From Candidatus Latescibacterota bacterium (GTDB taxonomy: Bacteria > Latescibacterota > UBA2968 > UBA8231), in the NCBI GenBank assembly GCA_965197905.1, contig CBDAOB010000004.1, positions 288,001 through 352,000 of the forward strand: a stretch of 64,000 bases of DNA, read 5' to 3'. Of the stretch, positions 30,303 to 40,788 are shown piece after piece (the first letter of the stretch is position 1; each line of letters starts with the position of its first letter). Below the pieces are notes generated by a model that did not search any database, was not told the DNA's origin, and saw only the letters and a program-made list of their open reading frames with translations. Made by a program: the position numbers and the translations under genes.

Positions 30303-31157
30303 CTACTTCTGGGATCCCGCCTTGCCGGTGAGACGGCGCTTGCGCGCCTCGTAATCTTCCTCCGCCTGGTCCAGCATCAGTTCCGGCGCCGGCAGACGGG
30401 CCAGCAGCTCCGGACGCTCGCGAACAAAACCCTCGCCGTAACTCGTCCGCAGGGTTCTGCCCATCTGGCCGACCTCGACCATCAAGCGACTGCGCGCCAA
30501 CTCCGGGTCGTGACCTTGCGATTCGTAGAAAGCCTCACCCTGTACGCGCTTTTCGAACCATTCTGGGGACAGCTCGACCACGAAGTCCAGCTGGGAGCGA
30601 TCGAATACCTCGCCCGGCCAGTAGGTAAGCGGTACGTTGTGCGGCGATCGTTCCACCCCCAGGCGTGGGTAACCTGCTTGCTCCTTCGCTTCGAGGGCCG
30701 CCCGTCCAACCTCGGTGTGGTCGGAGCGGTGGGCTACCGGTCGCAAATCGTCGGTAAAGGGAGACTCGGTGATAAGAATGTGGGGACGCACCTCGCGGAT
30801 GAGATCTGCTAGCTGGTCGACTACTTCCGGATACTGCTGCAGGGTAAACGGCTTGTCCGGAAAGTTGAGCATGCGGACATCGGTGACACCGAACAAGGCG
30901 GCGGCCTTGCGCATCTCCTTTGCTTTCTGCTCGATGTAGTCATCGATCGACTCGTTGATTATGTCAGGATCGCGGTCCGCTTCCGGCTTTCTGAGCTCGT
31001 CCAGGTAGAGCTCCCGATGGGTAGTTCCACCGTGGGTCACGATACACACGGTCGCCTCGTCTCCGCTTGCGCTGTGGATTCCCAAGGTGCCCGAAAACCA
31101 CGTCCAGTCGTGGGGATGAGCCGAGACGGTTAGTATGCGCAGCTTCTGTCGGTCCAA
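30303..31157 (-). CDS. PIG-L/LmbE family deacetylase
   Basis: VSAHPHD, IREVRPHILIT, HRSDH, EGF. Confidence 0.82.
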   Translation of the reverse strand: MDRQKLRILTVSAHPHDWTWFSGTLGIHSASGDEATVCIVTHGGTTHRELYLDELRKPEADRDPDIINESIDDYIEQKAKEMRKAAALFGVTDVRMLNFPDKPFTLQQYPEVVDQLADLIREVRPHILITESPFTDDLRPVAHRSDHTEVGRAALEAKEQAGYPRLGVERSPHNVPLTYWPGEVFDRSQLDFVVELSPEWFEKRVQGEAFYESQGHDPELARSRLMVEVGQMGRTLRTSYGEGFVRERPELLARLPAPELMLDQAEEDYEARKRRLTGKAGSQK

Positions 31158-31258
31158 ATTTGTTCCTCCCTTCAGGTGTTTGCCATGACTGTCGTACTAT
31201 AACTCGTCGCCCAGCATCTCGCTGTTGTGCCCGACGAGGAACTTGGCGCCGCACCGAA

Positions 31259-32356
31259 TCAATTTTCCAGGCGCCACATCTCCAACGGATGGCGCCGCTC
31301 CGCCATAGGCAATGCCACGCGCCGACCACCTTCGCGATGCGACTGGTAGAGCCCCAGGATCATTTCGAACGCGGCACGACCCTCCTCGCCACTGCTGGGG
31401 GGTTCGCCGCCGCTGTCGCGTGCCGCCATCAGCTCGCGGTACATAGTGGCCATAGCGGAGTCCTCTCCGGTCTCACTCACATCGACCGGCTGCCAATCAC
31501 CTAAGTCGGAAGGTCCACCGTCCATCGGACGGGGCAGATGCCAGAGATCGTGACCGACCGCGCTGGCTGCACGGATCGCAAGCTGCCCCTTGGTGCCAAG
31601 CACGTCCACACCGTAACTGGAAATGTAGGTCTTCTCATAGCCGAGGAAGTGAATCTCGCCCAGGATGCCTCCGGGAAATCCATATTGTCCAAGGGCGCGT
31701 TCCCCCATGACCAGGCCCGAATCGCGATCTCGCGGTGACATCTTCTTGGACTCCATGATGTCGCCGATTTCACCCGGCCGGCCTTCCCAATACACCGTTC
31801 CCGAGCACCATTCGGCCGGGCCGCCGAAGCAGAGCATCATGTCGGTTGTGTGGGTGCCCATCTCCATGAACTCATTGCCGCTCTTGCGTCCACACTTGTT
31901 GCGACCCCGTATCATCACCACGTCTCCGATCAGCCCTTCCCGCACCAGGGCCTGTCCCTTGCGGAGGTTAGATTTTACGTGGTTCTGCTGATTGATCGCC
32001 AGCTTGGCGCCACTGTTCGCTGCCGCCTCCACCATCGCGTCGGCCTCGACCAGGTTGATGGCGATCGGTTTCTCGCAGAGCACGGATATGCCGCGCTCCA
32101 GGGCGGCAACCGTGGGCGTGTGATGCCCTCGCGTCTGAGTTGCCACCACCACCAGGTCGAGCTCCACCGCATCGCACATCTGGGCGCAATCCTCGTAGTC
32201 GATGTCCAGTCCGAAGTCTTCCTTCACCTGCGCTTTGGCCCCGTCAAAGGGATCAGACAAGCCGGCGATTTCAAATTCGGGGAGTTCGTCATATATGGTC
32301 CGGATGTGGATGCTGCCCATGCCACCGCAGCCAACTACCCCCACTTTGTATACCAT
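31259..32356 (-). CDS. Gfo/Idh/MocA family oxidoreductase
   Basis: VGCGGMG, CEKP, EMGTHTTD. Confidence 0.9.
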   Translation of the reverse strand: MVYKVGVVGCGGMGSIHIRTIYDELPEFEIAGLSDPFDGAKAQVKEDFGLDIDYEDCAQMCDAVELDLVVVATQTRGHHTPTVAALERGISVLCEKPIAINLVEADAMVEAAANSGAKLAINQQNHVKSNLRKGQALVREGLIGDVVMIRGRNKCGRKSGNEFMEMGTHTTDMMLCFGGPAEWCSGTVYWEGRPGEIGDIMESKKMSPRDRDSGLVMGERALGQYGFPGGILGEIHFLGYEKTYISSYGVDVLGTKGQLAIRAASAVGHDLWHLPRPMDGGPSDLGDWQPVDVSETGEDSAMATMYRELMAARDSGGEPPSSGEEGRAAFEMILGLYQSHREGGRRVALPMAERRHPLEMWRLEN

Positions 32357-32440
32357 CTCAATTTCCTTGAGCTACAGAAATCTCTTGGCGCAGCACTCTG
32401 GCAGCGCCGCCCGCCTCGTCGTCCTTACCGGATCTACCAG

Positions 32441-33559
32441 CTACAATTCTACATGCTCCGTGCTTACAACACACCCGCGATCGTCATAGAGATTGATAAA
32501 AAGCACGGTTGCTGAGGCCGGCACCTCGGCCACCAATCTCCCCGAGTCATGTTCGACATCGATCGGAACGCTATTGTACTTCCGATCTGACCAGAAGCCG
32601 GTCGCTCGTGTATAGCACAGCTCTGCATTGACGATGGGACGGACCGCTTCATACGATACCTCGACGATACCATCGGAGATTTGACAACCGGTGATACGTG
32701 CCAGTGGAGGCCCACCGGACAACACGCTGTCCGCAAACGTTCCGATCTCGGTCGGGCCCCATCCTGCCTCATGACCGTGAGGCATTTCGATCCGTATGCA
32801 CAGCGTCCGAGCAGCCTCTGGTAAGCGATACGATTTTTGCAGCGAGTCCAACGGATAAGCGCCATCGTTCGTTCCGGAAACCCAGCAGCAAGGCATATCG
32901 ACCTGGGGAAGATATACGGCCGGATCCCAGGTACTGAGCCACGGCTCCTCGACTGTGTCCTTCCATCCCGAGTTTTCACCAAGAAAACCACACCCATATA
33001 CGGGGACGGCGCATTTAAAACGCTTGTCTACTGCCGCCACGAGACAGGTCAGGTATCCGCCCCAGGATATTCCCGTGAGACCGATGCGATTCTCATCGAC
33101 CGCCGGATGCGACGCAATCAACGAATGCGCCCGCATCGCCGCGGCAACGGCGTGGTACTGCCACTGCTCCGAGATCTCTTCATGCATCTGGTCGAAAGAA
33201 GCGTCCCATCCCGGAGGTCCTCCCCACTCGTGGCGTTCGTGAGGCCCTCCAACCGGTTCAGGCTGTTCGGGAACACATCCGCATTGATCAAAAGTAATCG
33301 CCGCGTAGCCTCTCCTGTTCCAGATCCGAACCCATTCATCGAACGCCGTGCCACGACCGCCGTGGAGAAGCACCATCGCCGGGCACTTGGCGTTGCCCGG
33401 GAGGTATGGCAAACCCATCCAGGCGAAGACGCGCGTTTGACGGGCTTCGCACGGTTCACCCTCGAAGAAGAGGGCTTCCACCCCTGGGGCGCCGAATCCG
33501 GGTGCGGCAAAGGTTTTCGGTGGATTTGAAAGCTTTTCAATATCCCAATGTGAGGTCAT
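32441..33559 (-). CDS. alpha/beta hydrolase (acetylxylan esterase/dienelactone hydrolase-like)
   Basis: VLLHGG, GISWGG nucleophile elbow, GTND, PHGH. Confidence 0.85.
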   Translation of the reverse strand: MTSHWDIEKLSNPPKTFAAPGFGAPGVEALFFEGEPCEARQTRVFAWMGLPYLPGNAKCPAMVLLHGGRGTAFDEWVRIWNRRGYAAITFDQCGCVPEQPEPVGGPHERHEWGGPPGWDASFDQMHEEISEQWQYHAVAAAMRAHSLIASHPAVDENRIGLTGISWGGYLTCLVAAVDKRFKCAVPVYGCGFLGENSGWKDTVEEPWLSTWDPAVYLPQVDMPCCWVSGTNDGAYPLDSLQKSYRLPEAARTLCIRIEMPHGHEAGWGPTEIGTFADSVLSGGPPLARITGCQISDGIVEVSYEAVRPIVNAELCYTRATGFWSDRKYNSVPIDVEHDSGRLVAEVPASATVLFINLYDDRGCVVSTEHVEL

Positions 33560-33839
33560 TGTGTCTCCTATCCCACGAATCGACGGCCCCGACGCGTCTA
33601 TCGGCACCGTCGCCTGTGAGCGCTCAGTCGCGATCGGCGGATGCCATGATTGGGTGGGGAAGTATAGCGATTGCGAAAACCCGAGGTCAATGGCCGCAGA
33701 CTACCCCGACTGGTCCACGGGCAAATACTGACGATCTTATGGGGTCGCGTTGCCTGCATCGGGTTCGCAGCGCAACCACAATTCCATCTGATTAGCAGTC
33801 TGGAGGAAGCAGATCGACCCCGCACCAGACCCCAACCCC

Positions 33840-35591
33840 GTGTCCGCGCGGGTGCCGCTTCGCCATTACGCTTCCCTTCTCGCCCGGTATTTGAGCCCAT
33901 ACAAGAGCCGCGTCGCGCTCCTCGCCGTCAGCATGGCGGGTGGCATCGGGCTCGGTCTGCTCGGTCCGCAGGTCATTCGCTACTTCATCGACACGGCACA
34001 GGCGGACGGTCCTTTGCGCAGCCTCGTTTGGGCGGGCGTCCTCTTTCTCGGCATCGGCATCGGTCGGCAGGTGATCCAGATCGTCAGCTCCTATCTGGGT
34101 CAGGACGTGGGCTGGCGCGCGACTAACAAGATGCGCAACGACCTGGCCTTCCATTGCCTCCACCTGGACATGGGATTCCACCACGATCATACGCCGGGAG
34201 AGATGATCGAGCGTGTCGACGGCGACACCACGGCCCTGGCAAACTTCTTTTCTCAATTCGTGCTCCAAGTCATCGGCAGTGTCATTTTCCTCCTCGGGGC
34301 CCTGATTCTCGTCTCAATTGAAGACTGGCGCGTCGGCGCTGCGCTCACAGCCTTCTCGGTTCTCGCTTTCTGGGTTTTGAATCTGACCAGGAATATCGCT
34401 GTCCCCATCTACACCGCCGAACGCGAGAGCTACGCGCAGATGTACGGCTTCATCGAAGAGCGGCTGTTGGGCCTCGAGGACATTCGTACCAGCGGGGCGA
34501 TTGACTATGCCGTGCAGCGTTTTCACGGCGTCAACAACAGCGTATTCGCGCGCGTGAAACGATCCGAGTTCGTGAGCGAGGCGTTGCAATCCATCACCGG
34601 CGTCCTGTTCGCCCTGGGCTACGCTCTTGCCATGGGCATGGGCATCTGGCTCTTCCGGGAAGGCACCTTCACCATCGGCGCCGTGTTTCTCGTTTTCCAC
34701 TACACCTCCATGCTGCGCGAACCCTTGTTCGAGCTCAGCCGCCAGATCAACGAGCTCCAGCGTGCCACCGCCGGTCTGAAGAGAATCGAGGAGCTGCACC
34801 GCGTCGAAACCTCGATCTCCGACGGGACGGCCGACCTGGCCACGTCTCATCCCCTCGGGGTCAACTTCGATCACGTCACCTTCGCCTACAATACGGGCGA
34901 GACGATTCTCGACGATGTGACCTTCGCTCTCCAGCCCGGTGAGACCCTCGGCCTACTGGGACGGACGGGGAGCGGCAAGACGACGATGACGCGGCTCCTG
35001 TTCCGCCTCTACGACATTCAGGACGGCGAGATCCGGCTCGGCCAGCAAGAGATCGCAGACCTCAAGCTCGACGACCTGCGCCGCCATGTCGGCCTCGTCA
35101 CGCAAGACGTACAACTTTTCAATGCGACGGTTCGGGACAACCTCGCCCTGTTCCATCCGGAGGTCTCCGACGACCGCATTGTCGCTACCCTGGAAGAGCT
35201 CGGGCTCCAGATGTGGTACGCCCGTCTTTCTGCGGGTCTCGATACGGAGATCACCGCCGGCAGCAGCGGTCTTTCGGCGGGCGAGTCCCAGCTCCTGGCA
35301 TTCGCGCGGGTCTTCCTCAAGGATCCCGGGCTGGTGATTCTGGATGAGCCATCCTCCCGGCTCGATCCGGCCACCGAGCGCAAGATCAACCTTGCCGTCG
35401 AACGCCTGCTCGATCAGCGGACCGGTATCATCATTGCCCACCGTCTCGAAACCGTGGAAAAGGTCGATGACATCCTGATCCTCGACCGCGGACGGATCCA
35501 GGAGTTCGGCCGGCGCTCGGAACTTATCCAGCATCCCGGCTCTCAGTTTTCCAAACTGCTGCGTGCCGGCCTCGAGGAGTTGATCGCGTGA
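33840..35591 (+). CDS. ABC exporter ATP-binding/permease subunit 1
   Basis: TMD plus [11 protein letters not shown], degenerate signature LSAGESQ, canonical Walker B ILDE. Confidence 0.93.
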   Translation: MSARVPLRHYASLLARYLSPYKSRVALLAVSMAGGIGLGLLGPQVIRYFIDTAQADGPLRSLVWAGVLFLGIGIGRQVIQIVSSYLGQDVGWRATNKMRNDLAFHCLHLDMGFHHDHTPGEMIERVDGDTTALANFFSQFVLQVIGSVIFLLGALILVSIEDWRVGAALTAFSVLAFWVLNLTRNIAVPIYTAERESYAQMYGFIEERLLGLEDIRTSGAIDYAVQRFHGVNNSVFARVKRSEFVSEALQSITGVLFALGYALAMGMGIWLFREGTFTIGAVFLVFHYTSMLREPLFELSRQINELQRATAGLKRIEELHRVETSISDGTADLATSHPLGVNFDHVTFAYNTGETILDDVTFALQPGETLGLLGRTGSGKTTMTRLLFRLYDIQDGEIRLGQQEIADLKLDDLRRHVGLVTQDVQLFNATVRDNLALFHPEVSDDRIVATLEELGLQMWYARLSAGLDTEITAGSSGLSAGESQLLAFARVFLKDPGLVILDEPSSRLDPATERKINLAVERLLDQRTGIIIAHRLETVEKVDDILILDRGRIQEFGRRSELIQHPGSQFSKLLRAGLEELIA

Positions 35592-37366
35592 GCACGCCTT
35601 TATCGAAACCCATGTCGATGGGAAGGACCACGTGGCGCCTGCTCCGCTTCCGCCCCGGTCTTTTTCTGGCAACCATTTTCTTTCGCGGCATCGACGATGT
35701 CGCCCCGTTTCTGGCGGGCGTCATCATGAAGGAATTCTTCGACGCCCTGTCGGGACAGGCCGAAGCAGGGTTCACACCGTACACTCTCGTCGCCCTCTAC
35801 GTCGCGGTGGAGATCGGCGATCGCATCGCCCTCTTCGGGTCGGCCATCGCCTGGCCCCGGTGGTGGTATGCGATCGAGACGCTACTCCGGCGCAATCTTA
35901 TCGCTGCCATTCTCGAGGTACGTGATCCGACGGCCATCGCCGGAGCGTCGGGCGAGGTCACCAACCGCTTTCGCGACGACGTCATGGGCATCATCCAGTA
36001 CCTGAACCGCTACATCCACATCTGGGGCAACCTGGTCTTTGCGGCTCTGGCCATCCACTACATGGCCAACATCGACCCCTGGATTACCCTCGTCACGATC
36101 GTGCCGGCCATCTGCGTCGTCATCATCGTCGACGCCTGTCGCAAGCTCATCTACAGGTACCGGACGGCTCAGCGCATCGCCACCGAGCGGGCGACGAATT
36201 TCATCAACGAGATGTTCCAGTCCGTCCTCGCCATCAAGGTTGCCACCACCGAATCGCGTGTGGTCGACCGCTTCCGAGTGTTGAATGACGAGCGACGACG
36301 CTCCACCCTCATCGATAACCTCTTCAACCAGGTTCTCAATTCCATCAACTTCAATCTTGGCCATCTCGCCACCGGGGTGATCCTCATCATGGTCGGTCAG
36401 AAGATGAAGTCGGGAAGTTTCACCGTCGGCGACCTGGCGCTGTTCGCGACCTACGTGGGCCAGGTTGCACGGAGCGGGTCGCTGCTCGGTACGATTCTCG
36501 CCAACCACAAGCGCGCCGAGGTTTCCTATTTGCGCATGGCGCGCACCATCGACGACATCCCCAGGGAGCGTTTGTCCGCTGAGACCCCTGTTTACTTGAG
36601 GGAGCCACCGCCACTGCCCGCTCCGCGCCAAATCGACACATCCGATCATCTGCGCGAGCTCGATGTCACCGGGTTGTCCTACCTCTATCCCGGCACGGAA
36701 AACGGAATCCGCCACATCGACCTCCGCATGGCGGCCGGCTCCTTCACCGTAATAACGGGGCAGATTGGTGCGGGCAAGACCACGTTCCTGCGCACGCTGC
36801 TCGGTACGCTGCCTCTAGATGCCGGCCATATTCGATGGAACGAAAAGGATGTGGACGATCCGAAGGCCTTCTTCGTGCCGCCGCGGTGCGCCTACACGCC
36901 GCAGATTCCGCGGCTCTTCAGCGAGACGCTGCGGGACAACATCCTATTGGGCCTGTCCGTCGACGAGGAGGGTCTCGTTGACGCGCTGCGCCACGGCGTT
37001 CTGGAAACCGATGTGCCGACCCTCGAGAACGGGCTGGACACGATCGTCGGCCCCCGCGGCGTCAAACTCTCTGGCGGCCAGATTCAGCGAGCGGCCGCGG
37101 CACGGATGTTCATCCGCCAGGCCGATCTCCTCGTCTTCGACGATCTCTCTTCCGCCCTCGATGTCGAAACCGCGCGTACCCTGTGGACTCGCGTTTTCGC
37201 GGATCGCAACGCCGCCTGCCTCGTCGTCTCCCACCGCCGTCCCGCCCTGCGCCGTGCCGACCAGATCGTCGTTCTCAAAGACGGTCCAGTCGATGCGGTT
37301 GGAACCTTGAACGAGCTGCTGGAATCGTGTGCAGAGATGCGGGCGTTGTGGCAGGACGAGAGTTGA
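35588..37366 (+). CDS. ABC exporter ATP-binding/permease subunit 2 (heterodimer partner)
   Basis: GQIGAGKT, canonical LSGGQ, degenerate Walker B VFDD. GTGA overlap. Classic asymmetric heterodimer pattern. Confidence 0.93.
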   Translation: MSTPLSKPMSMGRTTWRLLRFRPGLFLATIFFRGIDDVAPFLAGVIMKEFFDALSGQAEAGFTPYTLVALYVAVEIGDRIALFGSAIAWPRWWYAIETLLRRNLIAAILEVRDPTAIAGASGEVTNRFRDDVMGIIQYLNRYIHIWGNLVFAALAIHYMANIDPWITLVTIVPAICVVIIVDACRKLIYRYRTAQRIATERATNFINEMFQSVLAIKVATTESRVVDRFRVLNDERRRSTLIDNLFNQVLNSINFNLGHLATGVILIMVGQKMKSGSFTVGDLALFATYVGQVARSGSLLGTILANHKRAEVSYLRMARTIDDIPRERLSAETPVYLREPPPLPAPRQIDTSDHLRELDVTGLSYLYPGTENGIRHIDLRMAAGSFTVITGQIGAGKTTFLRTLLGTLPLDAGHIRWNEKDVDDPKAFFVPPRCAYTPQIPRLFSETLRDNILLGLSVDEEGLVDALRHGVLETDVPTLENGLDTIVGPRGVKLSGGQIQRAAAARMFIRQADLLVFDDLSSALDVETARTLWTRVFADRNAACLVVSHRRPALRRADQIVVLKDGPVDAVGTLNELLESCAEMRALWQDES

Positions 37367-37393
37367 AGAAGCCGCTGGCGCGGCGGATTGATC

Positions 37394-38458
37394 TTATCCC
37401 AGGTCGACGCCGAAGTCGGCCGGATTCAAACCACTGTCCTCAGCCAATCCACGCAGACTGATGAGCACGTCCTCCGGCATGACGATGCCTTCCGCGAGCG
37501 CCTTTTCCCGGTTGTTCCACTCCATCTCGCCCGGCAGGTAGATCTCGTATCCAGGGGCCATGTCGGCCTCTTTGATCTCGTCGCACATGGTCTTCATGCG
37601 GGCGTGAAATTCCGACTCGGGCATCATGGCGCGGACGTTCATGGCCAGAAAGGCGTGGCCCTGGTTCGAGGGTTCGTCGGTGTCGGCTACCCAGCTCTGC
37701 ACCGCGCTCATCATCGCCGCGCCGGACAGGGTGGCGGTGAGAATCTCTACGAGGACGGCGAGGCCGTAGCCTTTGTGCCCGGCCATTGGCAGCTGACTGC
37801 CTTTCTCGGGGAAGTCGTTCGGATTGGTAGTGGGAACGCCATCGTCGTCCACCAGCCAGGTGTCGGGGATTTCGCGGCCTTCATTCTTGGCGGCGAAGAT
37901 CTTGGTGGCAGCTACGGCACTGGTGGCAATATCGAGCATGATGGTGCGGTTGGTACCGGTGGGGGCGGCCCAGGCGATCGGATTCGTGCCGAGGATGCGG
38001 CTCTTGCCGCCCGGCACCGTCATACACGGTTCGACGTTGCAGAATGACATGCCGAGCATGCCGCCTTCGGCGATCATGTTGGAGTAGAACCCCGCGGCGC
38101 CGAAGTGGCTGCTGCCGCGAACGCCGATGTAGCACATCCCGGTCTCGCCCGCTTTCTTGAGCGCCAGCTCCACCGCCCGGTAGGAGATGGAGGGAGGCAT
38201 GCCGTCACAGGCGTCGATGATTGCCCAGGACGGTCCCTCGTTGACGATCTTCTCCTTGGCCGTGGCTACCAGCCGGCCGCGGCGGGCGTTCTTCATGAGA
38301 CCGCGAATCTGTCGGGTGCCGTGGGTGAAGGTGCCCCATGAATCGGTGGTCGCAAAAACCTTGGCGCTGAGCTCGGCGTCCTCCTGGGACAGCCCAGCGT
38401 CGACCATGGCGGCGATGCAGAAGGCTTCGAGGTTCTTGATCTGGATCGGGCTGCTCAT
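37394..38458 (-). CDS. Ldh_2 family oxidoreductase (malate/L-lactate/L-sulfolactate/ureidoglycolate dehydrogenase-like)
   Basis: THG, SSHFGAAG, GTNPIAW, GHKGYGL, YLPGE. Confidence 0.9.
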   Translation of the reverse strand: MSSPIQIKNLEAFCIAAMVDAGLSQEDAELSAKVFATTDSWGTFTHGTRQIRGLMKNARRGRLVATAKEKIVNEGPSWAIIDACDGMPPSISYRAVELALKKAGETGMCYIGVRGSSHFGAAGFYSNMIAEGGMLGMSFCNVEPCMTVPGGKSRILGTNPIAWAAPTGTNRTIMLDIATSAVAATKIFAAKNEGREIPDTWLVDDDGVPTTNPNDFPEKGSQLPMAGHKGYGLAVLVEILTATLSGAAMMSAVQSWVADTDEPSNQGHAFLAMNVRAMMPESEFHARMKTMCDEIKEADMAPGYEIYLPGEMEWNNREKALAEGIVMPEDVLISLRGLAEDSGLNPADFGVDLG

Positions 38459-38559
38459 GTGGTGACTCCTCTGTTCCTCGATTCAGTGGCTACTCGCGTA
38501 AATTCCATCACCGGAATTCACGGGCGGCATCGCAGCTACGTTCTCGATGCCAGCTCCTT

Positions 38560-38988
38560 TTACTCCCTCGGCAAGACGAGGAATCCCTCCCGCCTCGCCG
38601 CTTCCGATAAGCGCTCGTCCAGACAGACGAGCTCCTTTCCTTCCCGCGTTTCGCCTGCCCAGGCGGTCGCTGCGGCCAGTTGCAGAGAGTCAGCGGCTCG
38701 GAGGTCGTGTATCGCGAGCAGCCGCATGGCCCGTTCACGCAGCGTTGCCGACGGCTGCATTTCTGTCCACATGCCCCGGTACGAGAGGATGATCTCGCGC
38801 GCCGCGTGCTCCTCACTTACTCCGATACCGCCCATCCTCCGCAGGCGGGCAAGGGCGGAGGCGGCTTCCACCGGCGTTCCCCACCAGACAGCCATGTCGG
38901 CGTTGATGGCGATCAAATCTCGCATCGTTTGAGTGAAATCTTCCTGCACACACAACGGTACGATTGCGGACGCATCCCAGAATCTCAT
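38560..38988 (-). CDS. vapC: type II TA toxin, PIN domain (VapC family)
   Basis: FWDASAIV, TPVE, LRAADSLQLA, LDERL acidic tetrad. Confidence 0.9.
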   Translation of the reverse strand: MRFWDASAIVPLCVQEDFTQTMRDLIAINADMAVWWGTPVEAASALARLRRMGGIGVSEEHAAREIILSYRGMWTEMQPSATLRERAMRLLAIHDLRAADSLQLAAATAWAGETREGKELVCLDERLSEAARREGFLVLPRE

Positions 38989-39281
38989 CGCCCTTCGCGC
39001 CGTTCATCAATCAAAACCTGCACCACGGAAAATCCCGATTTGACTACGGGTAGTGGCAAATCCTGCGCCGTTTCAAACGCGGACCCGGTGCCGATCCTGA
39101 CCTCACCCCGGCGCTCCATCTCCTGTAGATGCGCAGATAGGTCGGTGGGCCTCTCATCCAGTGGTACCAGCCTGGCCACCGGTCGCCCGCGATCGGTTAT
39201 GATGACATCCTCGCCAGCCCTGGTAATCTTCAGGAAGTGACTCAACTTCGACTTCAACTCGGCAATACCGGCACGAACCAT
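38985..39281 (-). CDS. type II TA antitoxin, Phd/YefM family
   Basis: GIAELKSKLSHFL...GEDVIITDRGRPVARLVP. ATGA overlap with the toxin. Confidence 0.9.
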   Translation of the reverse strand: MVRAGIAELKSKLSHFLKITRAGEDVIITDRGRPVARLVPLDERPTDLSAHLQEMERRGEVRIGTGSAFETAQDLPLPVVKSGFSVVQVLIDERREGR

Positions 39282-39304
39282 ATGTACCTTCAGATCATTT
39301 ATAT

Positions 39305-39321
39305 ATGACTATAATAGTCAT
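39305..39321. promoter_or_regulatory. TA operator palindrome ATGACTAT-A-ATAGTCAT
   Basis: Perfect 8-bp inverted repeat in an AT-rich patch just upstream of the antitoxin start. Confidence 0.7.
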
Positions 39322-39378
39322 TATGTGCTATGATCGCAAGATCGGTCAGACCTGGCCCAAACTTCGCGGGTCGTATCA

Positions 39379-40788
39379 CTATTCCAGCCAGAATGAATAG
39401 AACCGCGCCTGGTGCATGAAAAAACGCAAGCGCACCGGATTGTCGAACACCAGATCGCGATCCGTGTTCCAGTGGATCCTGGCCTTCCAATGGTCGCCTT
39501 TCAAAGGCGAAGGTTGCTGGGTCGCCAGATCAAACTCGGGCAAGACCTTCAACGTCTCGCCATCGACGATGGATGCGTAGAACTCGCCCCAGGCGGCGTT
39601 GACATTTACGAACAGATCTTCACCGTGCCACATGAACGGCTTGGTAAATACGGTGCCGGCACTGTCGGCATCGAGCGAGACAAAACCGTCAGGGCGCAAT
39701 TTGGCTAGGCAAATGGTCACCTGATCGTCGAAGAGTTCAGGATCCACGTTCAGTCGGTAGAGCTCTTTGTTGCGGGTGTGCCGTTCGCGGCTCAAGGCAT
39801 TGGAAGGAAATCGGCAACCTATGTAATAGATCCAGATCTCGCCATCCGGGCGCACGACCGGCTGCCCGGACATGCCCACCTGGCTGGTGTCATAACGAAT
39901 GCCGTCCCAGGGCTCGATGCCGATGAACAGGGCGCGGTCGGCGATTCGTTCCCAATGGTAGAGGTCGCGGGAAACGGCGAGCTCGATCTGATTGATCCGG
40001 TTGTGATTCATGTGTGGCGGTGGTGCGGCGCCAAACGGGTTGAAAATCAAGGGAAATCCGACGTAGAGTCCTTCGTAGGGCATGACCGCCATGTGATAGG
40101 CTTCGGCGAAGTAGTCTTGATCGTCCACGTACGGGGGTTGGATGAAAGCCGGGTTGGCCAGGTGCTCGCGTACCCGGCGACGGCAGTTCTCCCAGTCGAT
40201 CTCGTCGGTGTGGAAGATGAGCTCGGGATCGGAGTAATGTTCAGCGTCTTTGCTGGTCGCGAGAAAGACGGAGCGTCCCCATTTGGTGCCGTGCTTTACC
40301 AGGGCCAGATACTGTTCGGTATAGGGGTCGTAGGTGAACTGGTGCTCGTCAGAGCTGGGTATAGGCGGCACGTCGAACCGCTGCCAGTCGATGCCGTCGG
40401 CGGAGACAGCGGGGCACAGATCGTTGTTGACACCATTGCCTAGCAATCCTTTATAGCGTCGATTGGGGTCGGGGTCGTGCCCATCGCGGACGGCATGCTG
40501 AGGTGTTTCCGCGATCGGGAACCGCTCCCAGTGCTCTCCGTCTTCGGAGGTTGCGAAATCGTCGCCGAACCACCATTCCCACAAGCTCTTTTCCGAGTTC
40601 CACTGAGGAGAAATGCGACTTTGGAGGCCGGTCTCGCCGCGTTTGCGGTCGGGCCTGACCACGGGGCCGACCTTTCGGGGTTGGTGCAGGGTGCGGTAGG
40701 TCCCGATAGTTTTTTCGAGAGCGCCGTCGTCCAGGAAGAGTTGGCGATGTTGCTTCGGGTCAATGAGTTTCTCGTCCATTATTACCAC
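39379..40788 (-). CDS. hypothetical protein, probable 5-bladed beta-propeller glycosidase-like (GH32/43/130-type fold)
   Basis: QLFLDD start, Asp-box repeats (SEDGEHW, SADGIDW, SRDLYHW), LRPDGFVSLDA, terminal YSFW. Confidence 0.6.
   Translation of the reverse strand: MVIMDEKLIDPKQHRQLFLDDGALEKTIGTYRTLHQPRKVGPVVRPDRKRGETGLQSRISPQWNSEKSLWEWWFGDDFATSEDGEHWERFPIAETPQHAVRDGHDPDPNRRYKGLLGNGVNNDLCPAVSADGIDWQRFDVPPIPSSDEHQFTYDPYTEQYLALVKHGTKWGRSVFLATSKDAEHYSDPELIFHTDEIDWENCRRRVREHLANPAFIQPPYVDDQDYFAEAYHMAVMPYEGLYVGFPLIFNPFGAAPPPHMNHNRINQIELAVSRDLYHWERIADRALFIGIEPWDGIRYDTSQVGMSGQPVVRPDGEIWIYYIGCRFPSNALSRERHTRNKELYRLNVDPELFDDQVTICLAKLRPDGFVSLDADSAGTVFTKPFMWHGEDLFVNVNAAWGEFYASIVDGETLKVLPEFDLATQQPSPLKGDHWKARIHWNTDRDLVFDNPVRLRFFMHQARFYSFWLE

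Noticed and set aside
33700..33735. ZTP (pfl) riboswitch from the CGACTGG...CCACGGG match
   Set aside because: The rest of the consensus and the 3' pseudoknot hairpin are missing, and the downstream genes are unrelated.
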